Source: an uncultured virus (IMG/VR IMGVR_UViG_3300042901_000352) (taxonomy: Duplodnaviria > Heunggongvirae > Uroviricota > Caudoviricetes). From it: DNA of 64,000 bases. The notes beneath the pieces were generated by a model. That model did not search any database. It saw nothing but the letters and a program-made list of their open reading frames with translations, and was not told the DNA's origin. The stretch is from IMG/VR virus record IMGVR_UViG_3300042901_000352; one strand, written 5' to 3'. Both the position numbers and the translations under genes were made by a program. Shown here piece after piece: positions 47,994 to 57,923 of this stretch. Position 1 is the stretch's first letter, and each line of letters opens with the position of its first letter.

Positions 47994-48935
47994 TTAATTA
48001 CCAAACATGACAGCAAACGCTGCTGCCGCATCATTAAGTGATCCAGATTTTGCCAACCTAGATTTAGCTTCATCAAGTCCAGATTTTTGTATATTACTGT
48101 TACCTGATCGCTCAATTCTCGGTGGTAAATTCTCAACCTTTTTATTAGAACTTCTAGCTTGATTAACAAGTTTGTCATATCTCATAGCATTTAACGCCAA
48201 TTTGATATTAGCTGCTCTTGATTCATTCAAGTTCAACAAGTCTTGCTTAGAGTATCCCTGATTTGTAAGATAGCTTATTAGCTCTTGCTCTTCAGATGTT
48301 CTCTTAGTTTTGTCATGCCATTCTGGAATAATATCAAGTAAGCGCTTGCCTTCTTGCTCCAAGTGCTGGCTTAAATATTCTCGCTCTTGAACTTGTTGTT
48401 GTTGCATAAGGTATTGCTGAGTTGCGTTTGCCTTATTAACTTCAACCTGTCTAGCTTCGAATAATTCCTTTTGCCTCAAGTATTCGTGTGGGTTGTTCTC
48501 TAACAAATCTTTCCAGTTGGGTTGGCTTTGTTGCGCCCATTGCTGTGCTACATTTTGAAAGTGTTGTACCGCATTACTTAATACTTGTTGCTGTTGTAGA
48601 TAAGCTTCTCTTTGAGATTCTGCTTCTTTTCTTATCGCTGCTGCTTCCTCAAAACGTTGAGTTGAAGCTTTATTGATTTGATAATTAGCAATTAATTCAT
48701 CTCTATCGACTTGCTTTTCTACACCATCTACCTTAACAGTAAAAATATCATTAGCAGGCTTTTGAGTATCTTGCTCTTGTCCTTGATCGGAGGAGCCTTC
48801 ATCATCAGACTGATAACCTTGTTCTTCTTGCGTTAAGTATGCACTGAGCAACTCTGCATCTGAGTCACTGGTTGATTGTCCAGTATCCGATTGCTCAATT
48901 GGTTCAGCGCCATAATTGGTAGCTTCATTTTCCAT
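47994..48935 (-). CDS. Scaffolding protein (phage B)
   Basis: VKVDGVE.QV..DEL, Gln-rich coil, IPEW, RLAKSGS. Confidence 0.8.
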   Translation of the reverse strand: MENEATNYGAEPIEQSDTGQSTSDSDAELLSAYLTQEEQGYQSDDEGSSDQGQEQDTQKPANDIFTVKVDGVEKQVDRDELIANYQINKASTQRFEEAAAIRKEAESQREAYLQQQQVLSNAVQHFQNVAQQWAQQSQPNWKDLLENNPHEYLRQKELFEARQVEVNKANATQQYLMQQQQVQEREYLSQHLEQEGKRLLDIIPEWHDKTKRTSEEQELISYLTNQGYSKQDLLNLNESRAANIKLALNAMRYDKLVNQARSSNKKVENLPPRIERSGNSNIQKSGLDEAKSRLAKSGSLNDAAAAFAVMFGN

Positions 48936-48969
48936 TGTTTTTCTCTTTTAAATTAAATTACAAAAGCGG

Positions 48970-49017
48970 TTAGCATTTTTTGCCACCGCCTCCTTTACCT
49001 TTTCCTTTACCTTTCAT
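48970..49017 (-). CDS. 15-aa Lys/Gly peptide
   Basis: Hand translation MKGKGKGKGGGGKKC*. Confidence 0.45.
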   Translation of the reverse strand: MKGKGKGKGGGGKKC

Positions 49018-49023
49018 AGTATC

Positions 49024-49299
49024 TTACTCGTAAGGAATGAATGTATCGCCAGCAGTTTCTATTCCTGCTAATGGACCTTTTATAACTTTTGGGTGACTAT
49101 ATCTTACATGATAATGCTCAATGTCAACCAATGTTGGTGTAATTATATGCTTAATTCTAAGATTTTCATCTTTTAATTCTAAACTTAACACCCACTCTAT
49201 GAACGCATTGAAGTCAAAGTTAGGTTTGCGAGTTCTCCGCTTACTATCAGATTCTTCAATAATTGTTGATGGTGTTGCATCGCCTTCAATTGTCGCCAT
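49024..49299 (-). CDS. Hypothetical protein
   Basis: ATG 49299 (MATIEG); overlaps upstream gene. Confidence 0.5.
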   Translation of the reverse strand: MATIEGDATPSTIIEESDSKRRTRKPNFDFNAFIEWVLSLELKDENLRIKHIITPTLVDIEHYHVRYSHPKVIKGPLAGIETAGDTFIPYE

Positions 49300-49463
49300 A
49301 TTTCTTCTCGCTCTTGTCTTGTTAGTCCTTCGCCATTTAGCCACTTGTCGAAATACATATCTTCAAGCTTTCTAAATGCTTCATTAAATAATGGGTGGCT
49401 GATTAACCATTCCGCCTGTTGCTGTCTGGTAATTGCCTGGTTGGCTTGCTGTTCCAAATCCAT
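49197..49463 (-). CDS. Conserved post-portal helical protein
   Basis: HPLFNEAF..W..EREEIW. Confidence 0.65.
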   Translation of the reverse strand: MDLEQQANQAITRQQQAEWLISHPLFNEAFRKLEDMYFDKWLNGEGLTRQEREEIWRQLKAMQHHQQLLKNLIVSGELANLTLTSMRS

Positions 49464-51477
49464 TCATCATGTCCCGTTCAATCATATTATTGTTTAACTC
49501 TTCTTGCTTCATGCCAATCTTTGCAGCTATTTCTTCACGCTTCAGCATGATATCAGCTTCCAGCTTCATTTTATCATGAGCAATCTTAGCCATTAGTTCT
49601 TTATCTCTTAACTGCAATGTTGCAACAGCTTCTCTTTCCTTTAGTTGCATTGTACGCTCATTAATCTGAATCGCAGCTTGTATTTGCATAGTCGTTGGAT
49701 CAGGAGGAGGCTGTTGTTCTGGTTGTTGCTGTTGTTCAGCAGGATTTTTAAAGAACTGCTCAGGATTAGCAAATCCTAATACCTCTGCCATCTTTATAGC
49801 GCCATTATAGAACTCTTGTGGTCCAGTCAATCCATATTCAGCCGTACCTTTCATTAATAAACCTAATGTATTTAACTTTTGCTCTATCTGATCCTTGTTT
49901 CCAGTTCCTAATCCAACCGACACATTAAGATTAAATTGGTTTTTCCATTCTCTAGGATCAATATCAACCCATTTGCCATTAGTTGCTTTTATGCGCTCAA
50001 CATTGTCTTGGTATTTACTAACAAGCTCTAATACTTTTAAGAATAAGTTTCTGACACCAGTTTCAGCAAAGTTTCTGGCAATCAATTCTAATCGACTGTC
50101 TGCTCGATTAGTTATGATGTTCATTCCTGTTGCAGTTTGGTTCAATGCGTCAGGATTTGTTCCTTGACTATATCTAGTAAATCCAGTCCTATTCTCTTTT
50201 GCTTGCTCTACAATCTCAAGTAAACTTGTAGCTCCAGACATATCCCCATTGCCAGACTGCAATGCACCAACAGCATTAGGAGTCTTGACCCTTACGATAC
50301 CACCAGGTCTTGATGTTAATAGATCATCCATGTTTACTTGACCTTCAAGCGCCCATGAACGACCATTGACTGATAAATATAAATTATCAATCATTGCACG
50401 CATTAAGGAAGTCTTTGTGCGTTGTGATTCCATTGCAAGGTCAGCAACACTCAATCCAAAAAACTGATGTGGCATTGGAATTGGTGTAATAGTTACAAAA
50501 GGATTTCCATCACATTCAATATTATCTAATAAACTATTTCCACAGCGTGTAATCTTGCGCCATTCTGGTATGCCATCTCCATTGACATCAACCTTCATGT
50601 AGCATTCTGTCACCCAGACAACTCTGCTTGTTTTGTCGCTTGTTTGTGAGCTATTTCCACCATCAGTGTAAGGCATATCATCGTAGAAAGTACGACGTTC
50701 AACACGCTCTTGCTGAAATGCTCCATCTAATTCATCACTAGACAACTCATCAACGTTTTTATATCCAGCTTCACGCAATTGACCAATTGTACGTTCAAAT
50801 CTATGTGCAACAAAGTCAGCATCTTGTATATTCTTTGCACGTCTGCTAATTAAAAACTCTTCTGGTGGAACGTTCTCGATGCGTGTAAATCCTTTTGTCT
50901 TCTTACGTTTAACAGCAACGTTATATAACATTGCTCCAGTTTCATTATCAATAAACGTTGAGTTTTCAATTGGCTCAACTGTTGTATCGCTAAGAAGCAT
51001 TGTTAATTCAATCTCATCAAGACCGTTATAATCTTCTCTTGCTTCATCTTCAATTGTGTCCCACCAAAGCTTTAATACACCTACCTTGCTAAGCAAAGCA
51101 TCTTTAAACCATGTATGAAATACTGTAAATCCGTTGTTCTGAACTCTTAAGACATAATCGTTTATGTAAGTTGTAGCGCATCTTGCTTGTTCTTCATACT
51201 GCTCTGCTTTTGCTTCAAACTCAACAACCTTATCAGTTCCAACAAACATCTTTAACAATGATGGCAACATCCATTCAACTGTATCTAATACATCTGTCGA
51301 AACAACGCTTGACCTACCGTCAATTGCAGGTGGAGCAAGATCACGAATAGGCTTAGCCATATAATAATCAAGCGCCCTCATTCTTTGGTCACTAAGTTCG
51401 CCAGAGCCATAACCAAGCGACTGCTTAATCTCTTGATCTGTTAGCGCCTTAAGTTCATCATCTGTCATCATTGCCAT
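49384..51477 (-). CDS. Portal protein (phage B)
   Basis: GRSSVVSTDV.DTVEW, DALLSKVG, VPPEEFL, IARNFAETG. Confidence 0.9.
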   Translation of the reverse strand: MAMMTDDELKALTDQEIKQSLGYGSGELSDQRMRALDYYMAKPIRDLAPPAIDGRSSVVSTDVLDTVEWMLPSLLKMFVGTDKVVEFEAKAEQYEEQARCATTYINDYVLRVQNNGFTVFHTWFKDALLSKVGVLKLWWDTIEDEAREDYNGLDEIELTMLLSDTTVEPIENSTFIDNETGAMLYNVAVKRKKTKGFTRIENVPPEEFLISRRAKNIQDADFVAHRFERTIGQLREAGYKNVDELSSDELDGAFQQERVERRTFYDDMPYTDGGNSSQTSDKTSRVVWVTECYMKVDVNGDGIPEWRKITRCGNSLLDNIECDGNPFVTITPIPMPHQFFGLSVADLAMESQRTKTSLMRAMIDNLYLSVNGRSWALEGQVNMDDLLTSRPGGIVRVKTPNAVGALQSGNGDMSGATSLLEIVEQAKENRTGFTRYSQGTNPDALNQTATGMNIITNRADSRLELIARNFAETGVRNLFLKVLELVSKYQDNVERIKATNGKWVDIDPREWKNQFNLNVSVGLGTGNKDQIEQKLNTLGLLMKGTAEYGLTGPQEFYNGAIKMAEVLGFANPEQFFKNPAEQQQQPEQQPPPDPTTMQIQAAIQINERTMQLKEREAVATLQLRDKELMAKIAHDKMKLEADIMLKREEIAAKIGMKQEELNNNMIERDMMNGFGTASQPGNYQTATGGMVNQPPII

Positions 51478-51504
51478 TTTAATTAGCCTTTTATATGTGT
51501 ATGC

Positions 51505-52761
51505 TTAATTATAACCTAAACTTAAATATTTTAACTTTCCACCCCATGTTTCATTATTCATTTGTTGTTCAGCCATTGCTATGTATCTGAAACAGTCAGC
51601 TCCATGACTGCTCTCATCATGCAACGGAGCGCCAAATTCACCAGTAGATTGATTCTGTGTTCTTCTATAACGCTTCAATCTATTGACTATTTCTTGTGCT
51701 TTTTCATCAATCCATACACGGCTGAACATCATTCTTGAAGCTCTAATTCCTTCTTCAATGTCATTCCTTCCCAATACAATAACCGTTCGTCCCATAGCTT
51801 GCAATATTTCTTCTGTTGACTTTCCTGACTTAAAATCTTTATTGCGCCCATCGTGAGGTATAAAATCAGTTCCCCAGTTCAATGCTTTGTTTTTTATCTC
51901 ATCAACGTAACTATCCAATGTCCTGTGACTGTCTTCGATATAATCAATAATTCTTATCTCACCAGAACCAGATCGCTGTACAAATCCTATACTCATTGAA
52001 TCGTTCCAACCTAAATCCCATACTGTATGAACTTTTAATAGTGGATCGTATGGTGCTTTTCCTAATCTTTTCTCAGATTGCATACGTGTTATTTCAAGTG
52101 CATAAATAGCACCCTCGACAGCAGGACGACATTCTCCTTCCCATACTGTTTTATAACCTTCAGGATCACGCCTTAACCAATTAACACGCTCCTTCTCAAG
52201 CTCATCAGGAAACCACGGATTATCAGAGTAGTTGCACTTTATAATAATTGCTTCGTCATTATCTGACAAAACAAATCTTTTATACGTTTCATCAGTATCT
52301 AACTCAGGATTAAATGTAATCCATATTTCACTTCCAGGCTTTCTAATCGTCGGTATTAAAACATCCCATGATTTTTTAGTACAAACTTGAGCTTCCTCAA
52401 CCCAACATATGTCCACACCTTCAAATGACTTTAAGTTTGTAATGCCTTGTTGACGAATACCTGCAAAACTAAACTCAGAGCCATTGATGCCAACTATCTT
52501 TGTTTCAAGAACAGTAAACATGTGCTGTAAACCAAGCATATCAATCTGATCTTTCAGTAACTTATGTACTGATTCTTGTATTGACTTCTGTGTTTCACGA
52601 GCGCAAAGAACTCTTATAGGTTCATTAACAGACTTAATAATTAATGCTCTTGCAACACTCCAACTTTTACCTGATCCACGTCCACCATAAATGACTTTAT
52701 ATCGTTTTTGCTTAAATATATCTTTAAGACTTGGAGGAAACTTTGCCTTAATCGTCGCCAA
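51505..52761 (-). CDS. terL: Terminase large subunit, PBSX-type (phage B)
   Basis: GGRGSGKS, WVEEA, TFNP, WDLG, HDESSHGADCFRY. Confidence 0.95.
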   Translation of the reverse strand: MATIKAKFPPSLKDIFKQKRYKVIYGGRGSGKSWSVARALIIKSVNEPIRVLCARETQKSIQESVHKLLKDQIDMLGLQHMFTVLETKIVGINGSEFSFAGIRQQGITNLKSFEGVDICWVEEAQVCTKKSWDVLIPTIRKPGSEIWITFNPELDTDETYKRFVLSDNDEAIIIKCNYSDNPWFPDELEKERVNWLRRDPEGYKTVWEGECRPAVEGAIYALEITRMQSEKRLGKAPYDPLLKVHTVWDLGWNDSMSIGFVQRSGSGEIRIIDYIEDSHRTLDSYVDEIKNKALNWGTDFIPHDGRNKDFKSGKSTEEILQAMGRTVIVLGRNDIEEGIRASRMMFSRVWIDEKAQEIVNRLKRYRRTQNQSTGEFGAPLHDESSHGADCFRYIAMAEQQMNNETWGGKLKYLSLGYN

Positions 52762-53050
52762 ATGAAACCTCTATCCTGTGGACTATTGCTCCACCATCTG
52801 CACCAGTTACAGTATTGTCACTTCTTGCTAGCTTTGGAACATGATATTCAATAACACTTTGAAATAACTGAAACGCACGCTCTGGATTTGTTTCAGCCAC
52901 TTGGTCAAGCCATCCTGTTAATCTGTGAGCATTTCCATCAACAAAATCTGCAATAGCCTCTCTTGCTTGTGCTGTTGCCTTGTTTGGAGTTCCTTTTACT
53001 CGTCCAAGCCCTCTATTTCCTGCTCTATTTTTTTCTGTATTATCTTCCAT
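52748..53050 (-). CDS. terS: Terminase small subunit (phage B)
   Basis: GR.KGTPNK.T, PKL, VTGADGG; overlaps TerL start. Confidence 0.75.
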   Translation of the reverse strand: MEDNTEKNRAGNRGLGRVKGTPNKATAQAREAIADFVDGNAHRLTGWLDQVAETNPERAFQLFQSVIEYHVPKLARSDNTVTGADGGAIVHRIEVSFGDD

Positions 53051-53385
53051 AGATAAACCTACTTTACGAAATATTTATTTTAAAAATACTGCGATTTCCA
53101 ATTAATAAACGCCACCTTTGGTGACTCACCATAAGCAACTCTATCAGCACTATAACATTTCCAGTAATTGCCAACCCATTTAATCTTTGGTTTTGTAGCT
53201 TTGTTCATCTGCCTTAAACCTCATTACTTTTTTCTTTCTATTCTTGTTGCTTGTCTTTAATGCCATTAATTATTACCTTGTATGTACTGGCATATCATTC
53301 TTCAAGCTATACAACATCATCCAATTTGTATGTTTACATATAGCAATTTGTTTTGGCGCACTGAATAAGTTAATTGGTGGAAATC

Positions 53386-53610
53386 TCATTTTAGTTCATC
53401 CTCTTCCATCATATCCTGCCAACGTCCTAAAGCATCAATAGCTTCTTGTACATCTTGTTCAATGTCCTTTGCTCCTCTATCACCAGCACATAAAAGTTTT
53501 TTAATTGCATGTTGCAGACATGGATCAGTAACACCGTACAATGAAAGTACACGGTAAACATCAACAGCATTTAAATGAACTGTATTTTTAAAATAATGAT
53601 TGTGCTTCAT
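53386..53610 (-). CDS. Conserved phage protein (DUF3310-like)
   Basis: HY, DVY, HAIKKLLCAG.RG.KD..QD. Confidence 0.6.
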   Translation of the reverse strand: MKHNHYFKNTVHLNAVDVYRVLSLYGVTDPCLQHAIKKLLCAGDRGAKDIEQDVQEAIDALGRWQDMMEEDELK

Positions 53611-54017
53611 TACAGCCTCATCACAAGGACAAAAGCTTTTATCCTGCTCATAGTATTAACTGCTTCTAAAAACGCCTCTAATTGCGCTTCAGTTGGCATT
53701 TTATTCATTTTATCTGCCATGTCATAAAAATATTCAACATCATCCATCATTTCTTCTCATAATTAAATATAAACCATACAAAACAGCAATCATCTAAACA
53801 CCAACCTAACAATGCCAGCTAACAATATAAAAAAATATACCAACAAAACAAATGGTAGCAAATACCAACGTATTACATAATCTTTTTTCATAACTCCAAT
53901 TCCTTTCTTTCTTGTTGAAATTTACCATCGTGTAACACCACCTCGTCATTAATCTTAATTGCTTTTGCTTGTACTGTTCCAAAAACTTCTTCAACCTCTT
54001 TTATAAGCTCTAAAATT

Positions 54018-54251
54018 TCATTCAATAGATTCTCTCAATTTTTGTCGTAATCTTCTTTCGCATCTTTCTTTGTTTAATCTTTCTTTATTAGCAAAATAAA
54101 ACAAAGATTTTTTTTCTTTTATTTTTTCTTTATTTTTTTCTTCATAAACTTTATCCCTATCATTTCCAATTTCTTTATTTTTTAAACGATAAATTCTTTT
54201 TGCTAATTTTTGTTTATTTAATCTTTCTTCATTATCCATTTCAAAACTCAC
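54018..54251 (-). CDS. Highly basic hypothetical protein
   Basis: Repeated Y..NKE units. Confidence 0.55.
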   Translation of the reverse strand: MSFEMDNEERLNKQKLAKRIYRLKNKEIGNDRDKVYEEKNKEKIKEKKSLFYFANKERLNKERCERRLRQKLRESIE

Positions 54252-54435
54252 TTAGTTATATTAAAAATTAATATAACATAATTAGTCCTTCATGTCTTTT
54301 AATTTTATCCATACAATTCCTTGTCCGAGATTTGTGTCCACTGTCCACCCCCTTAAGGGGGTGTGGACAGTACGTACACTTTTATTAATCCTGTACAGGC
54401 TGTACAAAACTGTCCAATTAGGACAACTGGACAGT

Positions 54436-56310
54436 CTATAATATCCAACTATAATCTCCATCAACACCTATAAGCTCTTGTTTTATCAAATCTTTTCTAC
54501 ACTCAGAAAAGTTTTGTCTCCTTGAAGCAAGCTCTTTATCCTCATTAAAAAATGGTTTCCATTCGGACAGTGAAACAATTATCTGTCCAGAACCTAAAAT
54601 GGACAGTTCTGGACGCTCTTTTCCAATAGTTTCTGATGCTAAAACTAAACTGTCCATAGCTTTTTGTAACTTTTTTGACAATACTTTTTCTTTAGTAGCT
54701 ACACCTTGATACTCTAAATAAACACTGGTGATCTGCTTATCATCATCTTCATCATAAAATACTTCACCTTCTAACTCTACTTCTTTAATGACAAAACTCA
54801 TATCAGTACCAAAGCCAAAATCTTTTGATTTAGTGCATGAAAAAGTAATTGCATCTCCATTCTTGGCGACACAAAACTCTGCGTCCATAGCTGCCTTAAT
54901 TGATGATGATCCTCTTGATCTTCCTTTATCACCATGTCCACTATGGTGAACAGTTACAATTGCAGCATCTAAACGTCTGGCAAGTAATTCTATAGACTTA
55001 AAATACAACGCCATATCTTCAGAGCTATTTTCATCTCCAACCATATTACGATGCAAAGTATCAATAATAATAATATCAGGTTTAAAATCTAACTCTGCTA
55101 CTATTTTTAATATTTCATCAGCTTCTTTACTATCTAATAGATTAATTGATCGTCTGCTTAATCTAATATTCTTTGGTGGTTCTCCATATTTTTGTGATAA
55201 TGCTTTAAAGCGCATTGAAGCACCACGCAAACCTTCACCCATAATGATTAAAGTTTTTAATTCTTCTTTTATCTTATGACCATGCCAGTTTCTACCTGTT
55301 GCAGCACAAAATGCCCAATCCATTGCAAAAAGACTTTTACCTGCACCTGACTCACCAAAAAGAAGATTCATTGATCCACGTTCAAGTATTCCCTTTATTA
55401 ACCAATTAGGCTTCTTTATGCTTGCCATCATATCTTCAATGGTGATAAACAAACCTTCCTGCTTTACCTTACCAAAGACAATGTCACGAACTGCATCAAT
55501 ACCTTTTTCTGACATCATGTCGTTAAAGTCACCATCAATGGTTGGTAATACAATATCAACTCCACATTCTTTTGCTTTGCTCATGCCAATACCAGAACTG
55601 TCATTGTCTGCACAAATAACTATTTTCTTACCAATGTATTGGCTTGCTAACATTTGCGTTACTGGCTTAAGATTTCCAGCGTTAAATGCTATACAGACAG
55701 CAAGATTGGTGGCTTGGTTTAAACTATCCGCAGTTGCAAATCCCTCTGCAACTAAAAGAGTTTCAGACTCAGAAGGATCACCAATCCAGCAATGACCTCC
55801 TGCCATCTTACCGCCAGAATGAAACCTCTTTGCTCCATCACTAAATATTGACTGTACTGACTGAATTTCTCCGTCTGCACCATATACAGGTATGATAAGT
55901 TTTCCGCCAAACATACGCGCCATATTAGGACGTATGCCCTTATTAGTCAGATAGTCATGGCTTACCACTGGAACTGCATTATCAAATAATACCTGTGCTT
56001 CCTTTGCTGCTATAGCATAAGCAGCATCACGTTCAGCTATTGCTTTACGTTTGGCTTCTTCAAACTGCTGACGCATGGCTTCTTGTTCGTGTATATCTGG
56101 AACATAATCACGTTTCTCATGCCATTGGTGTTGCTCTCCACTGCGCCAACAACCAAATACAGCACCACGAGCATCATCAAATACATGAACCCAACCTGAC
56201 CTATCATTTCTTTTTCCATTGGTTGAAAATCTTGTTACCTTACCAACAGCAATATTAGGAGGAGGTTCATAACCAACTGCTCTAATTGCATCACATAACT
56301 CAGGCAACAT
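54436..56310 (-). CDS. Primase-helicase (TOPRIM plus RepA/AAA_25-type ATPase)
   Basis: AEGFATA, CADND, GDFND; GESGAGKS, IIIDT, VHHSG, RGSS. Confidence 0.9.
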   Translation of the reverse strand: MLPELCDAIRAVGYEPPPNIAVGKVTRFSTNGKRNDRSGWVHVFDDARGAVFGCWRSGEQHQWHEKRDYVPDIHEQEAMRQQFEEAKRKAIAERDAAYAIAAKEAQVLFDNAVPVVSHDYLTNKGIRPNMARMFGGKLIIPVYGADGEIQSVQSIFSDGAKRFHSGGKMAGGHCWIGDPSESETLLVAEGFATADSLNQATNLAVCIAFNAGNLKPVTQMLASQYIGKKIVICADNDSSGIGMSKAKECGVDIVLPTIDGDFNDMMSEKGIDAVRDIVFGKVKQEGLFITIEDMMASIKKPNWLIKGILERGSMNLLFGESGAGKSLFAMDWAFCAATGRNWHGHKIKEELKTLIIMGEGLRGASMRFKALSQKYGEPPKNIRLSRRSINLLDSKEADEILKIVAELDFKPDIIIIDTLHRNMVGDENSSEDMALYFKSIELLARRLDAAIVTVHHSGHGDKGRSRGSSSIKAAMDAEFCVAKNGDAITFSCTKSKDFGFGTDMSFVIKEVELEGEVFYDEDDDKQITSVYLEYQGVATKEKVLSKKLQKAMDSLVLASETIGKERPELSILGSGQIIVSLSEWKPFFNEDKELASRRQNFSECRKDLIKQELIGVDGDYSWIL

Positions 56311-56476
56311 TGAAATAGTCACTCAGTCTTTTAATTAAATCATAAGGAATTACTTTTAATTTCCCATGAGCAAGTTTCCACAGCGTCATATATCCGATAC
56401 CTACTTCCCTAGATAAATAAGATAGGTTAAAAGAAGGATGTATTAATTTAGCTTTGATTTCTTCTGGTGTTAGCAT
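56300..56476 (-). CDS. Cro-like HTH protein (58 aa)
   Basis: Hand translation ..NLSYLSREVGIGYMTLWKL..P.Y..IKRLSDYF. Confidence 0.75.
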   Translation of the reverse strand: MLTPEEIKAKLIHPSFNLSYLSREVGIGYMTLWKLAHGKLKVIPYDLIKRLSDYFNVA

Positions 56477-56516
56477 TGTTTTTTTCCTCTTGTTTAAAAA
56501 AATATTTGTTTAGGTG

Positions 56517-56550
56517 TTGCAATTCTAATTTATATCGGTAAAATGTGCAA
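56517..56550. promoter_or_regulatory. Overlapping divergent sigma70-like promoters
   Basis: Plus TTGCAA-16-TAAAAT; minus TTGCAC-17-TAGAAT. Confidence 0.65.
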
Positions 56551-56592
56551 CGGAATTAGAGAAAAAGATTTTTAACCGTAAGGAGAAATACC

Positions 56593-57351
56593 ATGAGCAT
56601 ACTAAGCTCTATTGCTAAACCAGATGATCGTTCGATCATTTGCACTATAACAGGTGATGCTGGACTTGGAAAAACAAGTTTAGCTGCCACATTTCCAAAA
56701 CCTATATTTATCAGAGCTGAAGATGGTTTGCAAGCCATACCAACAGCAACAAGACCTGATGCTTTTCCATTATTATCAAATGTTGATATGTTGTGGGAAC
56801 AACTAACTGCATTAATCAAGGAAGATCATGATTATAAAACATTGGTTATTGATAGTGTCACTCAGCTTGATAATTTGTTCACAAATCACATTGTTGATAC
56901 TGATCCTAAAAAGCCCAGAACGATTGCCCAAGCACTTGGCGGTTATGGTGCTGGCTTTCAAGCATTGTCAAGTTTGCATGGCAGGGTTCGCAAAGCTGCT
57001 GGCATACTTAATGAAGTCAAGGGTATGAACATTGTGTTCATTGCTCATTCAGAAACAGAAACAATCGAATTACCAGACCAAGATCCATACACACGTTATA
57101 ACATCCGTATGCAGAAGAAGTCTGTAAGTCATTTTATAGATAATGTCGATATGGTTTGTTATCTTAAGCTAGAAACTCATACATTTGGGGATGGCGAACG
57201 TAAAAAAGCAATTAGTGATGGAACTAGAATATTAGTTTCCTATGCAACTGCTGCAAATATAAGTAAAAACCGTTTTGGAATAAACGAGGACATAGTAGTT
57301 GTCAACGGCATAAACCCACTTTTAAATTTAATCCCAAGCATCGGAGCATAA
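56593..57351 (+). CDS. Sak4-like AAA ATPase/recombinase
   Basis: GDAGLGKTS, TLVIDS, GGYGAG, FIAH, KNRF. Confidence 0.85.
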   Translation: MSILSSIAKPDDRSIICTITGDAGLGKTSLAATFPKPIFIRAEDGLQAIPTATRPDAFPLLSNVDMLWEQLTALIKEDHDYKTLVIDSVTQLDNLFTNHIVDTDPKKPRTIAQALGGYGAGFQALSSLHGRVRKAAGILNEVKGMNIVFIAHSETETIELPDQDPYTRYNIRMQKKSVSHFIDNVDMVCYLKLETHTFGDGERKKAISDGTRILVSYATAANISKNRFGINEDIVVVNGINPLLNLIPSIGA

Positions 57352-57355
57352 ACAA

Positions 57356-57868
57356 ATGGCAAACTTTTGGACTACAAGCGACAACAAAGTAATTACTACA
57401 ACTGGTGAGTTTTCTTCTGGCGGTACTATTGAAAACATTCCTGACAACACAACTTGCCTAGCATTGATTGATGAAGCTGGATGGGCAGAATATCAAGGTG
57501 ATGAATACATTAGTTTACGTTGGGTAATAGCAGAACCTGCTATTTACAAAGGACGTAAAATCTTTCAAAAATTGCGCGTCAATGATATTAATACCAAAAA
57601 AGCAGATAAAGCTAAGGAAATGTTAATGGCTATAGATGCAAACTGTGGCGGTAAGTTAGCGCAGTCTGATGAAACGCCAAACGATACGGCAATGGCTAAA
57701 GCTATATTAGAAAAATTAATGTTAATCAAAATTATGATTTGGGATTTAGAAGGCAGAACTGGAAATTGGATTGCTAAAGTTGCTCCACGCAAAGGAGCAT
57801 CTGCACCAGTTAAAGAAGAAGTATCTGCTGAACCAAGCATTGTTGAAATTGATTCAATCCCCTGGTAA
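57356..57868 (+). CDS. ssDNA-binding protein (DUF669-like)
   Basis: GRKIFQKL; acidic C-terminal DSIPW. Confidence 0.7.
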   Translation: MANFWTTSDNKVITTTGEFSSGGTIENIPDNTTCLALIDEAGWAEYQGDEYISLRWVIAEPAIYKGRKIFQKLRVNDINTKKADKAKEMLMAIDANCGGKLAQSDETPNDTAMAKAILEKLMLIKIMIWDLEGRTGNWIAKVAPRKGASAPVKEEVSAEPSIVEIDSIPW

Positions 57869-57923
57869 ACAACTAACGCACATGGATGTGCATTTTTAAC
57901 TATAACTATAAGAGTAAATAATA

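Noticed and set aside
34015..56258. Plus-strand ORFs opposite phage B structural and primase genes (e.g. 37438-37869, 46414-46803, 55418-55795)
   Set aside because: Antisense shadows with no recognisable motifs
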